Of a stretch of DNA of 64,000 nucleotides, positions 18,503 to 28,261 are shown one piece after another. Source of the DNA: an uncultured Acidimicrobiales bacterium (GTDB taxonomy: Bacteria > Actinomycetota > Acidimicrobiia > Acidimicrobiales > SZUA-35); NCBI GenBank assembly GCA_963751955.1, contig CAVVWM010000016.1, positions 41,118 through 105,117 of the forward strand, in the 5' to 3' direction. Below the pieces are notes generated by a model. That model was given only the letters and a program-made list of their open reading frames with translations, was not told the origin of the DNA and did no database searches. Within the stretch, counting starts at the first letter, position 1; the number at the start of each line of letters is the position of its first letter. Both the position numbers and the translations under genes were made by a program.

Positions 18503-19429
18503 CTAAGCAGTGATTCTGGTTGGCACTACCACGCGGAGCGCGCCCGGGAGGTGTTCGAGCCGAAGCGACGTGACCGGTTTCTGCGGTTCGCCGTCGAGTT
18601 GGTAGGGAAAGTCCCGGTCTGAGGTGACCGTGGCGCCGTAGACATCGGACCAATGATGCATTCGGTTCTCGTCCGGTAGCCCGCTAGCGCTTCGTAGAGC
18701 CGTTATAGCGGCGGGAATCAGGGTGGTTACCCCAACCGACTCCAGCGCCACGAGCGACAGCGGAGTGTCGAGGTTCACTTCTGGGGCCAGGTCGAGGGGT
18801 TGGCTCCCCAGGAATGTGTACGGGTTCACATTGAGTGCAACCGCGATCTGAGCGTGATCGACCCGGCGCCCGTCGTCGGCGTTCACCGAGAAACTCAGCG
18901 CTCGCCGTTCGGCTGAGCTCCATGTTCGAAGCGCCGACCACACGAACCATGCATGGCCGGCGTACCGCTTCACTGGGCCGCGTCGTTCCACCCGATCAAC
19001 GACGGCTGCGTCGAAGCCGATTCCCGCGTGGAAGACGAACGCCCGGCCGTTCGCGGATCCGAGCGAGGCCGAGACAATCGAGTCCTCAGCCAACGCTTCC
19101 AGAATCATCTCGGTCGCCTTGATCGCATCGTTGGGGTAGCCGATCGCCCGTGCGAACACGTTCGTAGATCCTCCCGGGAGCGGGGCGACAGCCGTAGTGG
19201 TACCCAGAAGGCCATTGGCAACCTCGTTAACGGTTCCGTCGCCCCCGAACGGAATGACGACGTCAACCCCCTCGCGCTGCAGCTGGTGAGCCAGTCGAGT
19301 GGCGTGATTACTGCGTGTTGTTTCGATGATCTGGAGTTCGTGATCCTTTGCAAGTGCCTTCTGGATGACAACCCGAGTGCGGGCGGTGACCGATGACGCG
19401 ACCGGATTGACGACGATGGCGAGCTTGAT
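18503..19429 (-). CDS. Diacylglycerol/lipid kinase family protein (Rv3218-like)
   Basis: VNPVAS, GGDGTVNEVANGL, PGGSTNVFARAIG, QLDGE. Start is either GTG 19468 or ATC 19429. Confidence 0.88.
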   Translation of the reverse strand: MKLAIVVNPVASSVTARTRVVIQKALAKDHELQIIETTRSNHATRLAHQLQREGVDVVIPFGGDGTVNEVANGLLGTTTAVAPLPGGSTNVFARAIGYPNDAIKATEMILEALAEDSIVSASLGSANGRAFVFHAGIGFDAAVVDRVERRGPVKRYAGHAWFVWSALRTWSSAERRALSFSVNADDGRRVDHAQIAVALNVNPYTFLGSQPLDLAPEVNLDTPLSLVALESVGVTTLIPAAITALRSASGLPDENRMHHWSDVYGATVTSDRDFPYQLDGEPQKPVTSLRLEHLPGALRVVVPTRITA

Positions 19430-19492
19430 GACAAAAAACCGTAGTCGTAGATTTGACCCGACGGTCAAGAAAGGTTCTACGCTCTATCTTCT

Positions 19493-20272
19493 ATGAAGGT
19501 AGCCGTATGCGTAAAACAGGTCCCCGATCCAGCAGATCCGGGGGCACTCGATCCCGAAACCAGGACGCTGAAACGAGACGTGAAGCTGATTCTCGACGAG
19601 GCTGACAGCTATGGGGTAGAAATGGCCCTTCAGCTGGTAGCTACTGCCGGTGGAGGCGAGGTGGTGCTGGTTTCGATGGCCCCCAACAGCGAGCGTTCGG
19701 GCCTGTCCACTGCCCTCGCAATGGGAGCGGACTCGGCAACCCTTGTTTCGGACCCCGCCCTTCTGGGCTCCGATGCGCTCACAACCGCCAAGATTCTCGC
19801 CAAAGCGATCGCGGAACAGGGTCCCGATCTGGTGATTGCCGGGTCGGAAAGCTCCGACGGCTATACGGGCACCGTGCCCGAGCAGATCGCCGGGGTTTTG
19901 GGTTGGCCGTCGGTCACGACCGTCAAGGCGGTTGAGGTCAGCGGTTCCACGATGAACGTGCAGCGGCAAACCGACGCCGGATACGACGAAGTCGAGTGCC
20001 CGTTGCCCGCCGTCATCAGTGTGACCGCTGGTGTGGTGGAGCCTCGTTACCCGTCGTTCAAGGGCATCATGGCCGCCAAATCCAAGCCGGTCGAAGAAAA
20101 GACCGTTGCCGACCTCGGTATGACAGCTGATCAGGTTGGCTGGGCTGGTTCTGGACAGGAAGTCGTCGATGTAGTCGATGCACCGGTCCGCCAGGCCGGC
20201 GAGAAGATAGAAGACGACGGAGAATCCCACCTCAAGATCATCGACTTCCTCGAGTCGGTCAAAGCAATCTAA
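19493..20272 (+). CDS. etfB: Electron transfer flavoprotein beta subunit
   Basis: VCVKQVPD, ALAMGAD, EPRYPSFKGIMAAK. Confidence 0.95.
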   Translation: MKVAVCVKQVPDPADPGALDPETRTLKRDVKLILDEADSYGVEMALQLVATAGGGEVVLVSMAPNSERSGLSTALAMGADSATLVSDPALLGSDALTTAKILAKAIAEQGPDLVIAGSESSDGYTGTVPEQIAGVLGWPSVTTVKAVEVSGSTMNVQRQTDAGYDEVECPLPAVISVTAGVVEPRYPSFKGIMAAKSKPVEEKTVADLGMTADQVGWAGSGQEVVDVVDAPVRQAGEKIEDDGESHLKIIDFLESVKAI

Positions 20273-20309
20273 GCCAGCTCATCAACGACTTTTCGGAGAA
20301 CGAATCAAA

Positions 20310-21275
20310 ATGACACTCGACACCATCTGGGTTTACGCCGAGGGCGACAGCGATGCTCTTTCCTCCACGACCCAAGAACTTCTGACCAAAACACGCGATC
20401 TCGCCGACACGGTGGCGGTCGTCTACGCCGGCGACGGTGACGACATCGCGGAGGCCGCAGGTGCCTACGGCGCCGAAACCGTCTATGCCACGGGCGATCT
20501 CGCGGGGATGCTCGTCGGCGTACCCGTCGCCGCCGCGATTGCTGCCGCGGTCGAGTCCGGCGATGGCCCCGACGCCATTCTTCTGGGCACAACCTATGGT
20601 GGGCGTGACATCGCTGCCCGTTTGTCGGTACTGCTCGATACGACGGTGATCACAAACGTTGTCGACGTGGCTGTCGACGGCGACACGCTTGTCGGTACCG
20701 AGCAGATTTTTGGTGGAGCCACGGAGATCAAGACCAAGTTCACCGGCGACGGCGTAAAGATTGTTCTTGTGCGTCCAAAGAGTTTCGAGCCTGCTGCTTC
20801 CGATGGTGCCGAAGCTGATGTGGAAGATCTCGAAGTGCCGGAGCTGGGTACTGCCGCTGGAGCCAAGGTCACCAACCGTCATGTCGAGGAGTCCGAGGGG
20901 CCCAAGCTCGACGAAGCGTCATTGGTTGTTGCAGGCGGTCGTGGCTTGGGTCAGGCCGAGAGTTTCGAACTCGTCGACAGGCTGGCTGCTTCTCTCAAAG
21001 GCGCTGCCGGGGCGACGAGAGCCATCGTCGATGCTGGATGGGTTCCCTACTCCTCCCAGGTGGGTCAGACAGGCAAGGTCGTGAAACCATCGGTGTACAT
21101 AGCCGCAGGTATTTCAGGAGCTACGCAACATCTGGTGGGGATGAAGGGGTCGAAGAACATCATTGCGATCAACAAGGATCCCGAAGCTCCGATTTTCGGA
21201 GTGGCCGACCTCGGCATTGTTGGTGATGTTCACAAGGTGATCCCAAAGCTGCTCGAGGCACTCGAACAACGTTAG
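20310..21275 (+). CDS. etfA: Electron transfer flavoprotein alpha subunit
   Basis: [33 protein letters not shown]. Confidence 0.95.
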   Translation: MTLDTIWVYAEGDSDALSSTTQELLTKTRDLADTVAVVYAGDGDDIAEAAGAYGAETVYATGDLAGMLVGVPVAAAIAAAVESGDGPDAILLGTTYGGRDIAARLSVLLDTTVITNVVDVAVDGDTLVGTEQIFGGATEIKTKFTGDGVKIVLVRPKSFEPAASDGAEADVEDLEVPELGTAAGAKVTNRHVEESEGPKLDEASLVVAGGRGLGQAESFELVDRLAASLKGAAGATRAIVDAGWVPYSSQVGQTGKVVKPSVYIAAGISGATQHLVGMKGSKNIIAINKDPEAPIFGVADLGIVGDVHKVIPKLLEALEQR

Positions 21276-21337
21276 AGCACGAACTCGGGTCAGATCTCGC
21301 CATCGGCGGGTCTGACCCGTTGTGCGCCTTTTGTAGC

Positions 21338-22423
21338 TCAGTTCGGTAGACGTAACGATCCGCGTAGGCGGATTTCGACAATCTCGACCGCGATCGGTTC
21401 GCCATCTTCGTTCACGCGTGTTTGGCTCGAGACCCCAACCGAATAGTCGAGCGAGTCAAGACCGTCGAACCTCAGCGGGCCGGCGAGCGGCGGATCAACG
21501 CCTGGGTCTCCGTCGAAGCCAAAGCGGTCGGAGCTGTCAACCTTGGAAATAAGTCGATCGGCCTCCCGCTGTGGAGAACGACTCACGACGAGCGCAGTCG
21601 ATTCCACTGTCAGGTTCACCGTGCGAAGCCGGTCCGAGCCGCTGACGGACACAACGATCAGGGTTCGGATGTCACTGTCGGGAAGAGGGAGTGGCCCGTC
21701 AGCCCAGTCGAGCAGAAGCTCCACTTCTTCAAGAGGTCGCATGGAGTTCGATGTCAGTCGCATCGTCGACCCCTCCCGGCGAGGAGCGGTGGTCACCACA
21801 AACTCTTCAACAAAGTCGACCGACGGCAGGCGGAATGATCCCGACCGGACATCGCCGTCGGTCGAGTCGACCGCAATCATTCCGACCGCCTGAAGTGAAG
21901 CGGCCATCTGGTTGAACGCTGTGGTGCTGGGGAGTGTCGTGGTGAGCGACACGGCTACCTGTGTGACCGCCGTACCTTCCTCGGTTGGGGGTCCGGTCCC
22001 GATGCTCACTTCGACGATTTCGGCATCATCGGGAGTGGCCACGCCCGCCGGAATCGAATTGATCGACCTGATTGTGCGTCCCAGATCATCGGTGGGACCA
22101 AGAAGCGACTGCAGACGTTCACCTGTGATGCGCAGGTTCGACATCGGTAGTTCTTGGGTCGTCGTCGGTGTATCTAGGCGTTCCTCATCTGAACCGGCAG
22201 GAGATGTCGATTGCGGGACTCCGGAGGTGGTCGGGGGTCGCGGTGCAGTTGTCACCGGCGCAAGAGTGCGGTCCGGTGCAGCGCTCACTTGGGTCAGCTC
22301 GGCGGAACCTTGTTCACCTCGGGGCAGTGTGTCCGGGCTCGTGGACAAGCTGCAGCCCATGAGAACCAAGGAGGCCACTGCAGCCAGGAGAGCGAAGCTG
22401 CTGCGGGGAACGGGCTTCATCAC
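21338..22423 (-). CDS. Hypothetical lipoprotein with Thr/Pro-rich linker
   Basis: Lipobox LMGC after a hydrophobic stretch; TAAAGT -10 lies 6 nt before GTG. Confidence 0.65.
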   Translation of the reverse strand: MMKPVPRSSFALLAAVASLVLMGCSLSTSPDTLPRGEQGSAELTQVSAAPDRTLAPVTTAPRPPTTSGVPQSTSPAGSDEERLDTPTTTQELPMSNLRITGERLQSLLGPTDDLGRTIRSINSIPAGVATPDDAEIVEVSIGTGPPTEEGTAVTQVAVSLTTTLPSTTAFNQMAASLQAVGMIAVDSTDGDVRSGSFRLPSVDFVEEFVVTTAPRREGSTMRLTSNSMRPLEEVELLLDWADGPLPLPDSDIRTLIVVSVSGSDRLRTVNLTVESTALVVSRSPQREADRLISKVDSSDRFGFDGDPGVDPPLAGPLRFDGLDSLDYSVGVSSQTRVNEDGEPIAVEIVEIRLRGSLRLPN

Positions 22424-22542
22424 GGCCCGACTTTACTGTGAAGCACGTTGGGTCAATGGGACTGCCCGGGCGGGATCCGAACCGCCATAGGAATAGAACT
22501 ATCGAAGAGCTCCAGTGCGGCGGACATGTTGAGCTTTTGGGT

Positions 22543-23655
22543 CTAGCGCGGTGATGCCTCGACGGTCGCGTGGACCCTTTCGCCAACCAAAGGTTCGATC
22601 AACTCCACTCCCGACTCGGAGGCGGATCGGATCCCGACGTAGTTGCGGCCACTCCCCGGTATTGGCCACGAGAGCTTCATCGCAAGCGGCCGGGACGGTG
22701 GTGGGCCCACCATCAACAGCTGACCGTCATCGATCAGCCGAAGGCGAGGTGCTGCTCCCAACCCTTCAGGAATCACACAACCGGGGGCGAGAAGCGATCC
22801 GGCTCTTACGGCCACGGGCCGCCCGCCATCGTCGGAAAACCGGATGTGAGCGCCGGATCGAAGCCGCACCACATGTTCTTCGACATCAGCCCGAATTGGA
22901 CCCGGCTGGCGGGTCCATCCCAATCCAAGATGCACCCGTGTCGTGGGCCAACAAGCCGACCAATCACACAGAGTCTCGAGCCGCGTGAGGCCGTCCAATA
23001 CTCCATCGGAACTGTGATGCACGGTGAGAGATCCGAACAGGGCATCGAACTCAGCGCGGCGGGCACGCGTGAGTCCGTGGGTTGTGACCGAACCGACTCT
23101 GCTGAGAGTCGAAGACCATCGCGAAGGTACTTCGATGCTGAGGGGCAACTGAGAGAAACGAGCAGCCTTGTGGGTCCATCGCTCGATGTCATCAGGTCCA
23201 TCGACCAATCCAATCGCAACAAGTCGCCGCTCACCGGCATGTCCGACGACCATGCTGCAACCGTCTGAATGACCAATCGACACGACCCGGAGCGGTCGGT
23301 CCGAGTCGTAGTTGGGGTTCAGGTGAAGGCTGTTCGCGAAGGCGGCCACCGGCGCGTCGATCCCAGCCACGTGGCCATGCCCGTCAATGGATCTGAATAG
23401 TGCCGAAAGTGCCCTGCGACCCCTGCGGGGCGGGGAATCCAGGGGTACAGCAAAGTGAATTTCGGTTGAAGCCGAACCCGCGAGTTCGCGCAGATCCCCA
23501 ACACGCACTGCTTCATGAAGGATCACGATGGCCGAAAGATCAGAGTGGGGATCCTCGGCATTCCAGACCGCTGCCTTGACGACGCTGTTTTCGGTGAGCT
23601 CCTGATCGACTCCAGCAGCGCTGTGGGTGTGTTGGGGAACCACTGCTATCGGCAT
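22543..23655 (-). CDS. Hypothetical protein
   Basis: Long ORF filling the gap; no motif recognised; start 23655 or 23700. Confidence 0.55.
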   Translation of the reverse strand: MPIAVVPQHTHSAAGVDQELTENSVVKAAVWNAEDPHSDLSAIVILHEAVRVGDLRELAGSASTEIHFAVPLDSPPRRGRRALSALFRSIDGHGHVAGIDAPVAAFANSLHLNPNYDSDRPLRVVSIGHSDGCSMVVGHAGERRLVAIGLVDGPDDIERWTHKAARFSQLPLSIEVPSRWSSTLSRVGSVTTHGLTRARRAEFDALFGSLTVHHSSDGVLDGLTRLETLCDWSACWPTTRVHLGLGWTRQPGPIRADVEEHVVRLRSGAHIRFSDDGGRPVAVRAGSLLAPGCVIPEGLGAAPRLRLIDDGQLLMVGPPPSRPLAMKLSWPIPGSGRNYVGIRSASESGVELIEPLVGERVHATVEASPR

Positions 23656-23757
23656 GCCTGGAAGCCTCGCCGGAGTCGACCGTGGCTCGCAACCGCTCAT
23701 TGTGGTGGTGGGAACGACAACTCAGCGAACCTGCGGGACCTTAGGTAGCGTTGCCTC

Positions 23758-24930
23758 GTGTTTCGCCGTCATCCCGTGGGACTGTGCAGCCTGGTAGCTG
23801 CGATGGTGTCGGTCGCCGGTTGTTCTGCGCTTCCGCCGCCCATAGATGTGGCAGAGGCCGCTGCGCCTGAGATCGAACGTCCACCCACAACGGCGAGTCC
23901 CTACAGCATCCCTGAGACTGGATCACACAACAGGAGCGGGTTCGCTGATTCGGTTGTTGGAGAACGGGATCGGCGCGCTCCGGTTTCGCTCGGGTTTGCC
24001 GGTGACACGTCGTTCCACAACAACCTCCACCTCCAGGATCCGCTGTCTGAGGCCACTGGCGTACTCTCTCTCCCAGATTGGATGATGGTGAATCTGGAGA
24101 CCGCAGTGGCTCCCGCAGACGTGGGCTTGCCCTTCGTCGAGAAAGAGTACTTGTTCCGGTCTGACCCGATCATGGTCGAACAAATGGCACGAGCCGGGAT
24201 CGATGCGGTCTCGCTGGCCAACAATCATGCGCTCGATTTCGGTTCGGATGCCCTTTCGAATGGTCTGGGGCTGCTGGAAGCCTCGGGTATTGCCGCCGTA
24301 GGTGGAGGGGTCGATGCCGAAGCCGCGTACAAGCCGCTGATCCAGACCGTGGGCGAGTGGACCGTGGGTATCGCCGCCTTTTCTCGCGTTCCCTGTGACT
24401 GGGCGTCGAGTGGCAAGAATGTTCGTCCCGGGGTTGCGTGGGCCTGTCCGGCGTTCATGGCCGATGCCGACGGAGTTGTGAACGCACTCGTGGATGACGT
24501 TGATCTAGCGGTCGTTATGGTGCACGGCGGCACTGAGGGCCAACTGTGTCCCGACCAAACCATGCGCAACCTCAATCAGCACTGGGCCAACATCGGCGTT
24601 GGCCTGGTTGTCAACAGCCATCCCCACGTGGTGCAGGGTGTCAGTTCGATCGGCGAGACCATGATTATCAACTCGCTCGGCAACTTCGCCTTCCCACCAT
24701 CGTTCGGACTCACTGCCAATTCGGCGGTATTCCTGGCCACACTTACCGAACAGGGTCTGTTGTTGTCGGTCGAACCGTTCGTAAGTGAGGGTGGTGTTCC
24801 TCGCGCTGGCACACCGCTTCGACGACGGTCGATCCTCAACCAAATCGACACCTATTCTGAGGGTTGGCGAGTCCTGTCCGACGGCCGCCTGATCCAGGAC
24901 AGCAGCTGGTCCGGGGCCTGTATCCCCTGA
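23758..24930 (+). CDS. CapA/PgsA family metallophosphoesterase (lipoprotein)
   Basis: FAGD, NLET, SLANNHALDFG, HGGTE, HPHVVQ, SLGNF; lipobox VAGC. Confidence 0.88.
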   Translation: MFRRHPVGLCSLVAAMVSVAGCSALPPPIDVAEAAAPEIERPPTTASPYSIPETGSHNRSGFADSVVGERDRRAPVSLGFAGDTSFHNNLHLQDPLSEATGVLSLPDWMMVNLETAVAPADVGLPFVEKEYLFRSDPIMVEQMARAGIDAVSLANNHALDFGSDALSNGLGLLEASGIAAVGGGVDAEAAYKPLIQTVGEWTVGIAAFSRVPCDWASSGKNVRPGVAWACPAFMADADGVVNALVDDVDLAVVMVHGGTEGQLCPDQTMRNLNQHWANIGVGLVVNSHPHVVQGVSSIGETMIINSLGNFAFPPSFGLTANSAVFLATLTEQGLLLSVEPFVSEGGVPRAGTPLRRRSILNQIDTYSEGWRVLSDGRLIQDSSWSGACIP

Positions 24931-24964
24931 CGCCCACGAGAATCTGTAGTACAAGGCCGCTACG

Positions 24965-25132
24965 TCAGCGAGCACAACCGGTGCAGGGCACCGGACCGAA
25001 GTGGGTGACATGTCTGGTCCATCCCGTTCCGTTGTGAAAGCGCTGGTTGTGAAGCTTCTGTGGGTCGGCGTACCAGCCGGCCGTCTTTTTCACAGTAGCC
25101 GTCGCCTGCGGGGGCTCATCGAGGGTGGTCAT
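24965..25132 (-). CDS. 55-aa DUF2510-like microprotein
   Basis: Manual translation MTTLDEPPQATATVKKTAGWYADPQKLHNQRFHNGTGWTRHVTHFGPVPCTGCAR*; GWYxDP..R..G..WT motif. Confidence 0.7.
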   Translation of the reverse strand: MTTLDEPPQATATVKKTAGWYADPQKLHNQRFHNGTGWTRHVTHFGPVPCTGCAR

Positions 25133-25171
25133 GGGGATGGAATCGGCGTAGATGTGACCGTCCTTGAGGGC

Positions 25172-26005
25172 TCAGGCCACCAGACTCCTGGCCGGTGCGT
25201 GCGCTGGCAGTTTGCCCGCTGCTTCGCGTCGAGTGAGCTCGGCTCGACCTTCTGGGCACTGCTCGGCGAAGGGGCACCATCCGCACAATACGCCGGGCTT
25301 GGCCTCGAACTCGTCGGCCGAACATGCCGACGCCAGGTTGGCCCATGTGGCGGAAAGCTGACCGATCGCTTCATCAATCTTGACCTGGGTGACGGGAATG
25401 TCCACGATCGACTGCTTCAGGTAGATCAGACGTGCTGACCGCGGCATCTCACCTGTCTCTGCGTGGAGGGCCGCCGCGTAGAGCATTACTTGTTGGATCT
25501 TGTCTTCGCGCCAGCGAATGCCCGGCAAGGTACCTGACTTGTAGTCGGTTACCACGAGTTCATCGTTGACCTGGTCGACCCGATCGATGATCCCTACGAA
25601 GGGCACCTCTCCTAGGGTGGTGCGGACCTTTTCTTCTGTGGAAACAACATCGACGTTGGCGGGATCTTCGAGTTCCCACAAGCCAGCGACGCACTGCCAG
25701 GCGTTCCAGCGGAACGCACGAGCATCATCGGGGCTCAGCTCCAGCGAGATGTAGTCGTCCTCGGCTTCGAAATCCTCCCACAGCGCTCGGGCCAGTGCCT
25801 TGGCTCCATCGAGGGTGCGCTCCGGGGCCTGAAGTTGGCACAGATGTTCGAGAACCAAATGAGCGAAGGACCCCACCAGAGCCGCTTGGCCGGAGGGCTC
25901 TGGCAATCGGTCTACGTACTTGAACTTCCAGCGCCGGGGGCAACCGTCGAACGACGACGCCGACGACGGCGAAAGGTAGTCGGGTAACTCAGCCACGTTG
26001 ACCAT
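25172..26005 (-). CDS. RecB-family PD-(D/E)XK nuclease
   Basis: LSPS..CPRRW, GIIDRVD, DYKSG, QVMLY, CGWCPFAEQC. Confidence 0.88.
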   Translation of the reverse strand: MVNVAELPDYLSPSSASSFDGCPRRWKFKYVDRLPEPSGQAALVGSFAHLVLEHLCQLQAPERTLDGAKALARALWEDFEAEDDYISLELSPDDARAFRWNAWQCVAGLWELEDPANVDVVSTEEKVRTTLGEVPFVGIIDRVDQVNDELVVTDYKSGTLPGIRWREDKIQQVMLYAAALHAETGEMPRSARLIYLKQSIVDIPVTQVKIDEAIGQLSATWANLASACSADEFEAKPGVLCGWCPFAEQCPEGRAELTRREAAGKLPAHAPARSLVA

Positions 26006-26054
26006 TATTGATCACCCCTGTGACAGAGAGCGGGAGCCTGGCAATCAAACCGTC

Positions 26055-27209
26055 TCAGAACGGCATGTCGATGCCGCCGTAGCCACCGCCGCGACGACGA
26101 CTTGACCGGCGAGACTGTCGCGGCTGACCAAGGCGGCCGCCCATCAACATGCTGACGATAACGCTCATCGCCATCTTGCCCAGAGTGCCTCCCATCGTGC
26201 TCCGCCGTTGTTGAGGTTCATATCTCCGACGGGGATTGCGCTGGGGAAGCGGCCGGGGCGGTTGCCCTCGACGGCGGAGCTGGGCGTCACGTTCAGCTGG
26301 GCTGGCTGAGGGCGGGGGAGGAGCAGGAGCCGGCGGCTGAGTCGACGATTCGGACCCGTCGTCGGTGAAGGTCGGCGGCGTGCGGCCGGTGAGCTTGGCT
26401 TCGATCACTTCGAACTGCCATTCAGCCTTGTCAATCTGATCATCGAGCACATCCACCTCGGCTGGCGTGGTGGCGCTACGTATCTCGTTGGACACGTTCT
26501 GGTAGGCCGCTGAGGCCTCCTCGTATATTGAGATCAGTTCTGGGTCTTTGACTTGAATGACTTCATCACCGAGATCGATCACCCGGTCGGCGTTCGCCTT
26601 TAGTTGCTCGATGATTTCCTGCCGATCCGCTTCGAGGTTCTTCGACTCGACGGCTTTTGTCTTCCGGCGGCCCCGCAGCATGTTGATCAAGAAGAACCCT
26701 GCTATCACGAGCAGTATCGGGACGATCCAGGGGAACCCACCCCCTGACTCTGGAGTGTCGAGCCCTCCGGCAGCGTCGTTACCCAGATTGGCGAGGTACT
26801 GATCGATTCCGCCCGCGATGTCACCGCCCCCGATTGTCTGGGTGATGTCGTCGGTCAATGACTCAGCCGAGCTGTTGACCCCTCGCGCGAACACGCTGGC
26901 GTTGGTCAGGACGATGACAGCTCCATAGCTGCTGCCCCGACTCCTCAGTTCGGCGAAGATCTCCTCTGCTGTCGCTGAAGACTGGCTGAGGTTGTCGAGC
27001 CGCACGAACGCGACGCCCTGCCCGTTGGCTCGGTCGATAGCGGCGTCGGCCTCGGCAGTGACGCTTCGTTCGAGAACGCGACCCTCCTGTTCGATTTGGT
27101 CGACCACAGCTTCGATGTCCACCGATTGGGCCATCGCGGCGCCTCCGACCGTGAACGTGGCAAGGAGCACAGCGGCCGAAATCAGAATCGCCCAAGAAGT
27201 TCTTCGCAT
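26055..27209 (-). CDS. Hypothetical membrane protein (signal peptide, TPM-like extracellular part, TM, coiled-coil, Gly/Arg tail)
   Basis: N-terminal signal; GGGFPWIVPILLVIAG TM helix; TAGACT -10 before ATG. Confidence 0.65.
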   Translation of the reverse strand: MRRTSWAILISAAVLLATFTVGGAAMAQSVDIEAVVDQIEQEGRVLERSVTAEADAAIDRANGQGVAFVRLDNLSQSSATAEEIFAELRSRGSSYGAVIVLTNASVFARGVNSSAESLTDDITQTIGGGDIAGGIDQYLANLGNDAAGGLDTPESGGGFPWIVPILLVIAGFFLINMLRGRRKTKAVESKNLEADRQEIIEQLKANADRVIDLGDEVIQVKDPELISIYEEASAAYQNVSNEIRSATTPAEVDVLDDQIDKAEWQFEVIEAKLTGRTPPTFTDDGSESSTQPPAPAPPPPSASPAERDAQLRRRGQPPRPLPQRNPRRRYEPQQRRSTMGGTLGKMAMSVIVSMLMGGRLGQPRQSRRSSRRRGGGYGGIDMPF

Positions 27210-27305
27210 TTCGGCAGTCTATGGCGGGCGACCTCCACGATGCCCAGCCAAAAACCCGGACCGGGGAGCCCACCTCACGATCCGCCGACGGGTGCACCTC
27301 GTTGT

Positions 27306-27674
27306 TCAGGCCCGTCGACGAAGGACCCAACCGTGGGTCGACCTGCGGGCTTGTTCCTCGGCGGTCACTTGTCGGTATGCCTTCATCCAGTTTCGCTCCT
27401 TCAGCAGACCGCTGCTGAAGTCAGACAGGTACCATCGCAGAAAGCCGAGCCAGCCACGGTCGTTGAACTGTTCTACGTGTACGAGTTCATGGGCGATGAG
27501 CGAGGAGGTCCCATCCGCCGGTTCATCGTGGGTGAGGAAGATGTTTCGGCCCAGCGTGAGACCCTTGAAGGTGCCGGGAAGCCAGAAGAGGGAACGGATT
27601 CGCGCCCGATCGATCGTGTCCGGGCGCACGTGGTCGTAGGCAACTTGCTCGCTGGGGGTGAGTCGTCGGCTCAT
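27306..27674 (-). CDS. Small zincin-like (DUF4157-like) protein
   Basis: GLTLGRNIF..LIAHELVHVEQF..EEQAR; ATGA coupling with the GNAT gene. Confidence 0.7.
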   Translation of the reverse strand: MSRRLTPSEQVAYDHVRPDTIDRARIRSLFWLPGTFKGLTLGRNIFLTHDEPADGTSSLIAHELVHVEQFNDRGWLGFLRWYLSDFSSGLLKERNWMKAYRQVTAEEQARRSTHGWVLRRRA

Positions 27675-28204
27675 CTTGTGGCCCATTCCTGAGCCGACAG
27701 TTCGTACACGTCGGCCCATCGGCCGCACCGCGGAATCACCGTGCGATAACTGGCGACCATTCCCAGCCTCGTAGCCAGCGCCGCCGACCTGTGGTTTGCG
27801 GGTTGAATGCAGGCGACGACCCGGTCCAGTAAATCGGCGTCGAAGGCCCAGGAGAGGACGGCGGTTGCGGCTTCGGTTGCAAATCCCCGGCCCCAATAGT
27901 CCGGAATTAGTCGCCAACCGATCTCGTGAACGGGGAGGAGCTCAGGCAGAAACGAGGGCGGGGCGAACCCGACCATTCCGATGACAACACCAGGCTCGTC
28001 CAAGTGTTCACAGGCCAGGATTCCGGGTCCTTGGCTCTTGTCCACAGCGTGAGCCAACCGTTGGTTGATGTCGGCTGCGCCGAGCGGGCGGCCGTCATCG
28101 ATATGGGCGAGAACTGCCGAATTGGTGAGGAGTTCGCGCCAGACTTCCAGATCATCGTGGGTCCAGGGTCGTAGCACCATCCGTTGTGTGACGATAGACC
28201 GCAC
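27671..28204 (-). CDS. GNAT N-acetyltransferase (RimJ/RimL type)
   Basis: EIGWRLIPDYWGRGFATEAA, NHRSAALATRLGM. Confidence 0.88.
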   Translation of the reverse strand: MRSIVTQRMVLRPWTHDDLEVWRELLTNSAVLAHIDDGRPLGAADINQRLAHAVDKSQGPGILACEHLDEPGVVIGMVGFAPPSFLPELLPVHEIGWRLIPDYWGRGFATEAATAVLSWAFDADLLDRVVACIQPANHRSAALATRLGMVASYRTVIPRCGRWADVYELSAQEWATR

Positions 28205-28261
28205 AAGGCCGCACCGTACCGTTAGCCCAGCCTGCATGCGCCTCTCCTAGGCTGAGAGAAT

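Noticed and set aside
25172..26005. Cas4/CRISPR or phage nuclease
   Set aside because: No repeat-spacer array or other cas/phage genes; it fits the common stand-alone actinobacterial RecB-family nuclease.
27306..27674. Contractile-injection or toxin locus suggested by the DUF4157-like HExxH protein
   Set aside because: No structural, toxin or immunity genes nearby.
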